A stretch of DNA of 64,000 nucleotides, taken from positions 1-64,000 of the IMG/VR virus record IMGVR_UViG_3300011989_000257, one strand, 5' to 3'. The position numbers and the translations under genes are program-made. Positions within the stretch are counted from its first letter, which is position 1, and each line of letters starts with the position of its first letter. The stretch comes from a virus. Lineage: Duplodnaviria > Caudoviricetes. The notes beneath the pieces were generated by a model. The model was given only the letters and a program-made list of their open reading frames with translations. It made no database searches and was not told where the DNA came from. Below are positions 57,901 through 64,000 of this stretch, in pieces.

Positions 57901-58393
57901 TCAAATCACTAAATTCCCTTGGTGTGAACAACGACATACCTCTCACATCAGTAAATTTAACAGTAATAACAGGCAGTACTGCATTTTCAAAATCTATATT
58001 AACTGATTTGATACCAATCATTTCAGTAGTGCCATAATCTACTATATCAGTAACATACATGTCAGCATAATTAGTAGTCAAATATGGTATATTCAGATTA
58101 TTTTGTATACTGTCATTCTTAACTGATGGTACTAGTGTACCACTCATGAAATTAACCTTTGAATCCTCACCTAGATTTTCCCAAGAAAGTATTAAGGCTT
58201 GGGAACCAGAAGCTAAGGACTGACCTCTATTACAGAGTTCAGCCGTAATTGATAAGCCTATACAATAATCCTCTGGATTTATTATCTTATCATATATTCT
58301 GCCATCAGTTGTTATGTACTCACTGTAATTACTGATGTTTTCCAAATCGCTGTTAGGCTCTACATATTGTACACTTGAATGTGGTGTTGGCAT
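51944..58393 (-). CDS. Baseplate hub-like protein with phage-tail-lysozyme and C-terminal CHAP/amidase-like domains
   Basis: V.M.G....QPM.YF..F.G.Y.I..V.H.I..G.M.T.F.G (hub); AAGIVGNM..E, GLCQW, Q..FL, AA..F...YE (lysozyme2); C...INRAL..GDI..H..FDG..WVSDF.Q. Confidence 0.75.
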   Translation of the reverse strand: MPTPHSSVQYVEPNSDLENISNYSEYITTDGRIYDKIINPEDYCIGLSITAELCNRGQSLASGSQALILSWENLGEDSKVNFMSGTLVPSVKNDSIQNNLNIPYLTTNYADMYVTDIVDYGTTEMIGIKSVNIDFENAVLPVITVKFTDVRGMSLFTPREFSDLKDLHSSGKISKENAAQAFFQCFFKFPYPKFSITVKGFYGRPVSYEVTCDKFDTDFNSETGDFDVTVRFIGYKYSFLSDITTELLLTAPYTDYLGQKYWEQKTSSLEFSVTDSFGQKVPMPTLVDIRNRIKNILTNSEVNSDETTLTREDDTHDEERRQLETIKNTYTAWYTQLEKEVYSKYGKENCFINKLNSGEYERIIVLIGKDNKAKNLSEDASQFSNEMKKVNNDLYALIDEYNEKFPNIEPLEKLSKDYSAYLNVPLFNLVTKNDRGSFTFNGYADGTPIPKSIADVAIMNRIGTDDEQNIGAVAIHQKTLKTVYNDGSNQKTNCFNINVDYTAIQKRIDKLTADANKSYNEKKKQKDIHNKNIKLIKELGFNPTISNFTKIVMAHLETLMYMIHTVSDEIKNDSTRTPSSIAMSVGINGNLSDIKEGYENVPIPPFPRVTETVTEEDGTQKQQDVWIGKFDKDQLKEVDLVETFFNGTELIRQLINTTDEMIETTKNDRTAKEQGAERSSVRYPLTSYDFFLDSNVYGSDVIESTEKLAGAVSIRMFDILSLNFFANEFNKKEWHGNADKLGRCEAHNFYKSVDTTANNNLRDWIRLDTGIFNSDYIIKMVTSTDRNNRYPWSFDTVDDISRTTPKALLTNDWLFRYKYLDNRYGYDGNAFMYPVQNISFETIDNDYKLFGNSGDNVSNHNVILSQVPTDMDAFTFESYIDEYNGHYNLIICDDFIKVENMMNTAMAESFDSYGDISNKIVQSCSLDNAMDVYYKGIFKEDGISSFCKRNDKYTSANTLVLRASVSDAFPLYGRDGKVMKDGDGNFERFASSKENLSAYFDSEIKGKYINSCFLGEVFGYNKENKLDNNSTILLNGSLTPEEFIMGIDCLNYDTLENVLCMKNSGARTFVYLPRFLVLQLGSILMQTIVNENSINSKITIGDNIKIHHNLKPIAEKYLNAISIYSRMVLMKYYKDWTKNEFNNIKANLNGKNRGRNVAFIIDGGRALLNQDSTFVKDLTNKMMLPVLMINGNVNHFVNSERKPLSYSDYKVENNGIFKNYLEGFIDELNMLLGVDYKADENGNMVRRSAEATNTSDEMRMELYRYLKQIYDKWIPTSNFDDWKYEKFFDGNGDYRFYFIDSYYNKIGDKLLLNPKKIYERIETILSYSDISSNMLSLLSYVYTDNRCMFKCIQNFIDLSKRDAMEDMFKPLPYSMAFGNNKKASDFVIVYTYEPSKALDVSSNEYADDSFMLNDEFNSPTSIRTRGASGNFYSIPAFGVTYGKQYQSFFKKVSVNTKNSIQTEQSIKAKHAILRGLTNKNKNGAQGQDMFDLYTSQSYTCTVEMMGCAWVQPMMYFVLLNVPMFRGSYMIMKVNHTITPGNMTTTFTGCRMSKVGNRFVEDVFINSDGDDTQYIGNDSVTFNNAMANTDNDCPYAVFPIFSGDGTLSGDEKQKAKELMDKIAKFIYNIDNLATADDKYKKAAAGIVGNMRTETSTFDYTAVNGNDKGNISGGLCQWRDGYGELTCLLENTPSDYGQKKRQIAASLGVAVVKKRLQEKGVDYQIQFLRDTLNKVVNKDKKKNYSTYEGTNYSKDALLMCSTPENAALSFELSYEKSDKSHNNDRQKYARQFYDAYDNTVTDNNEISKMNEDIYEPFFSAINQTAQNTESMKFELKHEYFPNKESKNKLMMISAASTDNNPKLSKVFDCILNTPEYFRYVKALYWVYDNAVNTIVRVDVRLDKKDVPTNQQRVWLYNKGTRASNPNKDVTYNKIKVEDLSDDAKKSFSKRYKADGENNFKLLVQGISDPEKFGEIAISDCASVWTNSNTVSNNGPFNTKSWELNTFVNNLHYWQRNICEEQGKKRQSYGGCGTCTGVINRALRDTLGGSRKYWGNYPWDVCRNLKVNDSEFKEAVSGVTTNKQEFNFGSIKPSRGDICTMWSLPQSSKKGSHFHTCAFDGTHWVSDFVQDTCNVYRSKSTCQMEFHLFKHK

Positions 58394-58403
58394 ATCTTAT
58401 TTC

Positions 58404-58721
58404 TTAATTCAAACCATATAATTTATCGTATTTTTTTATACCATCTTCGTAACCTTGTATCGCAATATCCAATGGATATGGGATACGTATCTTGCTATTA
58501 TTCTCTATTCTATACTCCAAAGAACCCAATGATGGATTTGCTTGAAGAATCAGCCAACCGTAATTGGGGTCGTTATAATATTGATAAGACAACAAATCCA
58601 ACCTTGTCTTACCGATTTCATAAAATGCATAACAGTCAGTACCTCTTACTGGAATTTCAATAAAAGGTACTCTCTTATAACTGCCATTAGAAATAAATGA
58701 TTTATATCTACTATAATTCAT
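58404..58721 (-). CDS. Baseplate wedge/LysM-like protein (gp53/GpX-like)
   Basis: RLDLLSYQYY.DP..GWLIL.ANP....IRIP. Confidence 0.75.
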   Translation of the reverse strand: MNYSRYKSFISNGSYKRVPFIEIPVRGTDCYAFYEIGKTRLDLLSYQYYNDPNYGWLILQANPSLGSLEYRIENNSKIRIPYPLDIAIQGYEDGIKKYDKLYGLN

Positions 58722-58730
58722 ATTTTAACT

Positions 58731-61700
58731 TCACTTCTTATTGTACTTATCTAAAATTTCATTCAATTTTTCAAGACTGCTCTCACCAACTTCTGCTTTT
58801 CTATGTTGTAGATTAGGATATACGTAACCCTTGAACTTGGTAGGTCTTCCGCTTCCATCTGGTGCATATTCAACCATTTCAGCACGATTATCATAAACGC
58901 TAGCATTAGCATAATAATTGAATGAAACAGCGTTTTGAAGACGTGCAATAGGTCCTGAAAGGTCACTGCCACCAAGGAATGTGAACTGCAATGAAACCTT
59001 AGCAAACATTGGCATTACACCAATTCCTTCTGGATTTAAATCCCATTGAGGTGTCTCATATTGTATATTCAAACTATTGATGATAATCTTCGTATTGAAG
59101 AAATCACCAAGCCTTAATACACATACTGGAGGTCTACCAAATGCCAAGTTATATGCTGTAACTTGATTAGGGTTGCCATGTTCAATTGTAGGTCCTTGTC
59201 TTGTGCATTGATGCAAGAATGTAAGTCTAGCATTGAAACCCTCTGGAGATATTGAATGAAATGCTGGGTCAAAATACCTAATCTTCTCACTTATTAAATG
59301 GTGCAAGAATGGTGCTTCCTTATCCAATAACTCAAAAAATTCTCCCTCATTGTCATATCTACCAACACCACCAGTTACAGTGATTTCATTTGATGTGTCA
59401 TCTTTTTTCTTCTCATCAATATTGTTTCCAACAACATTATTATATGCATCAATAGTATTCTGCAATATGGTTTTGCCATTATTTCCTTTTGATAAGAATA
59501 AATTATTCCACATATTTGATGTTTGACCATTTGGAATTTCCTTTTTGTCAACCTTATTAAGAACCATATTATTATTATCCTTGTCAACCATCGGATTTCC
59601 ATCCTTATCAGTCTGAACAACGGATTTGGTTTCAACAGCATTTGATACTGACAACTCATTATATTTGATAGTTACAGATGCACTACGCCAAATTTTTGGC
59701 ATTTCATCATCTTGCCCTCCTACATTTATTTCAGTTTTTTTAGGCTGATTAATAATATTTGTAGTTCCAAATTTAATGTTATCTAGTTTTAAATTATTAA
59801 TCCAATACTTAAACGTTTCAGCTCTATTCCTCGCTAAAGTATTGTTTGTAGTCCCACTTCCTTGATAAGATGCATGACCTGTAAAGTCTATTTCTATATC
59901 AGAATATTTCTCTTTGTTGGTAAATACTTCTTTAACGAGGTTCATATCAGGTTCAGATACACAATCAATTGCATTATAGCCTTTAGAACCTCCAGTTATA
60001 TTTTGGTCATCTTTTAAGCCTTCTAATCCTAAAAATAAATCAGTAAAACTTATTAATCTAGAAGTATCACTATCGTCCTTTATCCCGAATTTATCTATAA
60101 CATTACTGTGTTTTCTAACATTAGCAAAACCACTACGATTTAAACCATATGATTTACCATCAATATAACTTTCAGGTCTTGAAAATTCTTGATTTTCATA
60201 ATCTTTATCTACTCTGTAATAATATCTCCTACGATACCAAAGATGCTTTGGCCCAGTAACATTTTTTGAAACACCACCTGGTTCATTCCCTTTTGCCTTA
60301 CTAAGTCCTAATGCTTTACTACCTATTATTTTACATAAATAAGGTTTGCCAAAAGTAGGTTCTCCATCCTCATATGAGGCATCAACTTTGTTACCATCCT
60401 TATCAGTTAAGTATTGTGCAGTTTCAGAACCATATGTGCCACTGATTACTGAATAATTTGGGGATAAAACATCACCACTAGTAACTAATGATACTCCAAC
60501 ATTGGCTTGTGTTTCATACCCACCAACCACATTACCTTTATAATATGCTTTATGTGTTACATCAGCAGCGACATCAGTATATGTCTTAAGTACTTCATCA
60601 TATCTTCTCTGAGTTCCAATACCATTCATCAGATAGTATATGGGATTCACAGTTCCTCCATTATCATCCACGCCACTATAGTTATTTGGATAGAATAACA
60701 GCACTTGTATTTGTTTCTTCGTCTTTGTAGGAGTTTCCTCTACTCCAGGGACTTCTGGCTCTGGCGTTGGGTCTTTCTTTTCCTCTTCTTTTGGTTCTTC
60801 TTTTCTAAGATAGTAATCTTGAGGCTTTGCTGTTAATACATCACATCCAGCGAAGAAACGAAGAAGCGTGTTCTCTTGATTATACACATTGTCAACACCA
60901 CCTCCATTTCCTTCAGAAAGTTGCCTTCCATTGTTCTTCATTCCATTACGCTTATGTCCAGTCCAATAGTCAAGGATAGATGGATGGTCTATAAGTAACG
61001 TAAATGACAGATTACCCCTTCTTTCAGTATTGGTGTGGGTGTAAATCTGCTCACCTCTTCCTATGAACTTATTGCCATTCCATTCAACAGAGACATCTTC
61101 ATTAAACTGCAAATCATATGGAGGAAACCACATTATACGTCCACCAAGTGGGCCTTTCTGCTCAGCAGATAACCCTTGCTGGTCATAAGTACCCATTTTC
61201 ATCTTGCTATCCCTCCATGCAAGATTCTCAATTGAGAACATACACTTTTTTATGGATACAGCATTTTCATCGTCCTCTTTACCATCGAAGTAGTCCTTAA
61301 TCTTTGCAGTTGGCGCAATATTAACAAAGCCGTTTCTATAATTTAATACACCATATTTGTCTAACCTAGTGCTGCCACCGTCAAAGTCAGCGCTTCCAAC
61401 AGTTCTGAACCCAACTGATGGTGAACCCATGCTAGTCTCGTTCTTCTCCAATTGCTCAGCAGATGATATGTCACCGAATGGCCTTATCATTCTACTGATT
61501 TGATTATACTGATGATGGTAAGTCCATACTCTACAATATGGGTTATCATATCCATTCTCAGTAGTTGGAGTAATCTTCAGCAAGTTCCTACCATGAGACA
61601 TTCCATATGTATTTGATTTCGCTGTCTGGGTGTTATTCCCACCACTCTTGGAATCATCTGAATTCGTATGGAAACGTGCTATTAGTGTATTATACTTCCC

Positions 61701-62279
61701 ATGATTGAAATTATCATTGGTTTTTTTAATCAAATCACAAGTAGATAATTCTAGGCCGTAACTGAATATAGAATTGGTATAAGTTCCAGGATTACCACTG
61801 TCCAAATCACCCTTATAGCCTATTCGTTTATTATTTGTTACACCATCATTTGACTCAGAATAGTGTATTGACGTACCACCACCGTCACTATATACTGACG
61901 TACTCTCAAACCTCATGTTTGGCATCCATCTATCCAACAATCCAAGAGGGTCTTGATATGGGTCTGCAAACCTTACGGTTGGTACTTCCTTATAGAATGT
62001 GAATTTAGGGCATCCATATATGCCGCCACCATACATCATACTAGGAACACTAACCCCTTGTTGGAAATTCCTCCTAACATGGTCAAACATGAATGGGTAG
62101 TCCTTTCCCAACAAACTGATAGGCTCACGTCCAAGCATTTGCACAATGAACATGATATCATCATATGAACTGTTCATACCTATTGTCCTAGATATGAAAT
62201 CACTGTTCGTCAATAAGTCCGAAGCAGCATTCTTTATAGCATTGCCTATATTCTTCAAGCTAGCGTCCTTGACATTCAT
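58731..62279 (-). CDS. Baseplate/tube-initiator-like protein with inserted OmpA-like domain
   Basis: W....FIGRGE.IY...NTER...LSF; PPVCVLRLGD....II.SL.I.Y....WD...PM...VSL.F; insert TGHAS...NNTLARNRAE...WR. Confidence 0.6.
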   Translation of the reverse strand: MNVKDASLKNIGNAIKNAASDLLTNSDFISRTIGMNSSYDDIMFIVQMLGREPISLLGKDYPFMFDHVRRNFQQGVSVPSMMYGGGIYGCPKFTFYKEVPTVRFADPYQDPLGLLDRWMPNMRFESTSVYSDGGGTSIHYSESNDGVTNNKRIGYKGDLDSGNPGTYTNSIFSYGLELSTCDLIKKTNDNFNHGKYNTLIARFHTNSDDSKSGGNNTQTAKSNTYGMSHGRNLLKITPTTENGYDNPYCRVWTYHHQYNQISRMIRPFGDISSAEQLEKNETSMGSPSVGFRTVGSADFDGGSTRLDKYGVLNYRNGFVNIAPTAKIKDYFDGKEDDENAVSIKKCMFSIENLAWRDSKMKMGTYDQQGLSAEQKGPLGGRIMWFPPYDLQFNEDVSVEWNGNKFIGRGEQIYTHTNTERRGNLSFTLLIDHPSILDYWTGHKRNGMKNNGRQLSEGNGGGVDNVYNQENTLLRFFAGCDVLTAKPQDYYLRKEEPKEEEKKDPTPEPEVPGVEETPTKTKKQIQVLLFYPNNYSGVDDNGGTVNPIYYLMNGIGTQRRYDEVLKTYTDVAADVTHKAYYKGNVVGGYETQANVGVSLVTSGDVLSPNYSVISGTYGSETAQYLTDKDGNKVDASYEDGEPTFGKPYLCKIIGSKALGLSKAKGNEPGGVSKNVTGPKHLWYRRRYYYRVDKDYENQEFSRPESYIDGKSYGLNRSGFANVRKHSNVIDKFGIKDDSDTSRLISFTDLFLGLEGLKDDQNITGGSKGYNAIDCVSEPDMNLVKEVFTNKEKYSDIEIDFTGHASYQGSGTTNNTLARNRAETFKYWINNLKLDNIKFGTTNIINQPKKTEINVGGQDDEMPKIWRSASVTIKYNELSVSNAVETKSVVQTDKDGNPMVDKDNNNMVLNKVDKKEIPNGQTSNMWNNLFLSKGNNGKTILQNTIDAYNNVVGNNIDEKKKDDTSNEITVTGGVGRYDNEGEFFELLDKEAPFLHHLISEKIRYFDPAFHSISPEGFNARLTFLHQCTRQGPTIEHGNPNQVTAYNLAFGRPPVCVLRLGDFFNTKIIINSLNIQYETPQWDLNPEGIGVMPMFAKVSLQFTFLGGSDLSGPIARLQNAVSFNYYANASVYDNRAEMVEYAPDGSGRPTKFKGYVYPNLQHRKAEVGESSLEKLNEILDKYNKK

Positions 62280-62326
62280 AATATTTTAAAAAATAATTTA
62301 TATTCTATCTTATTTAAATACTAAAT

Positions 62327-64000
62327 TTAACCTTTACCGTATACACCAGTTTGTGCTGGGAAGTTAGCCATTGTAGCCAAATCACTCAAGTACTTACCAC
62401 CATTAATATCCCTATTGATGGATTCCTTAATCATATTCTTAATCTGTGTCATGAATGCATAGTCATTAAGTAATTCACGACCATCGATAGACTTGGAATA
62501 ATTTCCAGCATCTAGCCTCAATGTTCCACTTATATTAATGTTGAAATCTTTAACTGTAATTGTATTGCCATTTACATTTGAAGTCTCACTCCTATTTGGC
62601 TTATAGATATACTCTGGATTTTCTCCAAGTGGCTTTGGTTTGACAACGGTATCACCAAATACTGCATTGAATTGTTGTGGAGTGATTACAGCTTCTCCAC
62701 TGTTTGCCAATATTGGTACTTTATCTCCACTGTATGAGTTTCCTCCAATAACGCCACCTTTAGCATGCTTTTCACTACCCCCAAAGAAATCTCCTATAAT
62801 TTTTGTTGGAGACCAATCTTTGCCAAATAGTTTACCAATCCCTTCAGCAACCCAAGCAATTGGGTTGTTGTCAAATAGCCATTTACCAAATTTAAATATT
62901 GTTCCGAATGCCGATTTACCTATTTCCCACACAGATTTTGCACCATCACTAAGCCATTTCCAAGCAGAGGTTGCCCCATCAACAACAACATCCCAACCTT
63001 TTGATATTGTATCTGTAATTTCACCCCAATGTTCACCAACAAATCTTCCAGCAAAATCACCAAGGAAACCTCCAATTGCAGCACCAATAGGTCCTCCAAC
63101 AACTGCCCCAAGAGCAGTTCCAACAGCTGTTCCTATTCCAGCCCCTCTATCTGCGTTATTGTCTGCTGTAATAGCATTATATGTACCAATACCAACACCA
63201 AGTCCAGCTCCTCCAAGAGTTAGGGCTTTAGCCCCTCTGCTTAATGCGCCAAATGATTGGAATGGAGCTTTAATAGCAGACATTACTCTTCCACTACTAC
63301 CCCTATTCATACTATAAGCAGCTCTATTGTTAAGAAACATTCCTTTCGAAGCGTCCCATATGCTTCTTCCTAGCCACTTACCACCACGTCCTATTGCGTT
63401 TGCAGCACCTCTAGCAGCCTTTCCTCCAAGTCCCTTACTCATTCCGAGGCTATTAGCCATCCCGAATAGTTTCTTTGCAGCTAAAACACCAAGTAGTATT
63501 TTCCAATGTTCTGTTGCAAATTTAAGAAAACCTATTACATGACTTATAAACGATTTAATTGGTTCTTTGTGTTCCTTAAGCCAATCATAAGCGCCACGAA
63601 CAGATTCACCAACATTCTTTGCCAAAGGCTCTAACTTGTTTTTAGCCCAAGCCCCAAATTGTTTTAAGTCCCCTTGCATTTTAGGGAAAAGTCCTTCAAC
63701 AAATTTAGCGAACATTGCCTTAATAGACTCTTTAATTCCAGTCAATATCTCATTAATTGATGAAAGACTTCTAGCATTCTCTTCCATAATATCACGGTCA
63801 GACATACCTTGGTATTTCATCATTTCCTCAATGACAGATTTATCAATAGTTCCACCACTACTTAAGTCAACTTTCTTACCTCCAGTTGTTGTAAACATAA
63901 CTTTCCCATTCGCAACATCTGACTTGTTAATTAAGAAGTCTTTCTGTTCTTGGGTAAGTCCAGCCATCACACTAGAACTTATATGACTCTCCTTATATGC
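62327..64000 (-). CDS. Tape measure protein, C-terminal part (gene starts beyond window)
   Basis: G/A-rich GAAIGG helices, W-periodic amphipathic repeats, HA.GG.I.G...GD.VP...SGE.V; frame open to 64000. Confidence 0.8.
   Translation of the reverse strand, partial: AYKESHISSSVMAGLTQEQKDFLINKSDVANGKVMFTTTGGKKVDLSSGGTIDKSVIEEMMKYQGMSDRDIMEENARSLSSINEILTGIKESIKAMFAKFVEGLFPKMQGDLKQFGAWAKNKLEPLAKNVGESVRGAYDWLKEHKEPIKSFISHVIGFLKFATEHWKILLGVLAAKKLFGMANSLGMSKGLGGKAARGAANAIGRGGKWLGRSIWDASKGMFLNNRAAYSMNRGSSGRVMSAIKAPFQSFGALSRGAKALTLGGAGLGVGIGTYNAITADNNADRGAGIGTAVGTALGAVVGGPIGAAIGGFLGDFAGRFVGEHWGEITDTISKGWDVVVDGATSAWKWLSDGAKSVWEIGKSAFGTIFKFGKWLFDNNPIAWVAEGIGKLFGKDWSPTKIIGDFFGGSEKHAKGGVIGGNSYSGDKVPILANSGEAVITPQQFNAVFGDTVVKPKPLGENPEYIYKPNRSETSNVNGNTITVKDFNINISGTLRLDAGNYSKSIDGRELLNDYAFMTQIKNMIKESINRDINGGKYLSDLATMANFPAQTGVYGKG

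Noticed and set aside
1-64000. Stop-codon reassignment (TAG=Gln) as in Lak or some crAss-like phages
   Set aside because: Long genes are intact in code 11 and coding density is high. TAG serves as a plausible true stop at 22369, 30403 and 39796, followed by terminators or next genes.
1-64000. tRNA, rRNA, integrase or transposase genes
   Set aside because: None recognisable by eye; intergenic gaps are short and mostly explained by promoters and terminators.

Overview
64-kb segment of a large, AT-rich, T4-superfamily-like contractile-tailed (jumbo) phage genome, read in standard code 11. The host is probably Bacteroidota: six promoters match TTTG-N20-TAnnTTTG exactly. Left end: fibre/adhesin-like virion genes, including an unlisted >1090-aa ORF open at the window edge and a FISUMP-like plus coiled-coil protein. 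Then a head-associated cluster, neck/tail-terminator genes, a two-methyltransferase/ParB-like/nuclease island around a 31-bp palindrome, and a SNF2 helicase. Middle: an early membrane cassette (SPFH), PhoH, a SprT-like protease, a baseplate spike, a gp55-like sigma factor and a glycosyltransferase cluster. Right: nucleotide/recombination genes (IMPDH/GMPR, RecA/UvsX, Tdk, gp32-like SSB) and the baseplate/tail module (lysozyme+amidase hub, OmpA-containing protein, partial tape measure). Main leads: (1) a shared short tag, about K-x-I-x-(L/I)-(N/T)-E-S-Q-x-x-R-L, on unrelated proteins including a kinase and one of two paralogous MTases, suggesting a capsid cargo-loading system; (2) zinc-finger-array nucleases with 0, 3 or 4 repeats and hypervariable positions; (3) a probable stand-alone major-capsid N-terminus paralog inside the glycosyltransferase operon; (4) a sense-strand TATTTATA late promoter, the reverse of T4's; (5) apparent GATC avoidance. 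All family assignments are by-eye motif recognition; no database searches were run.
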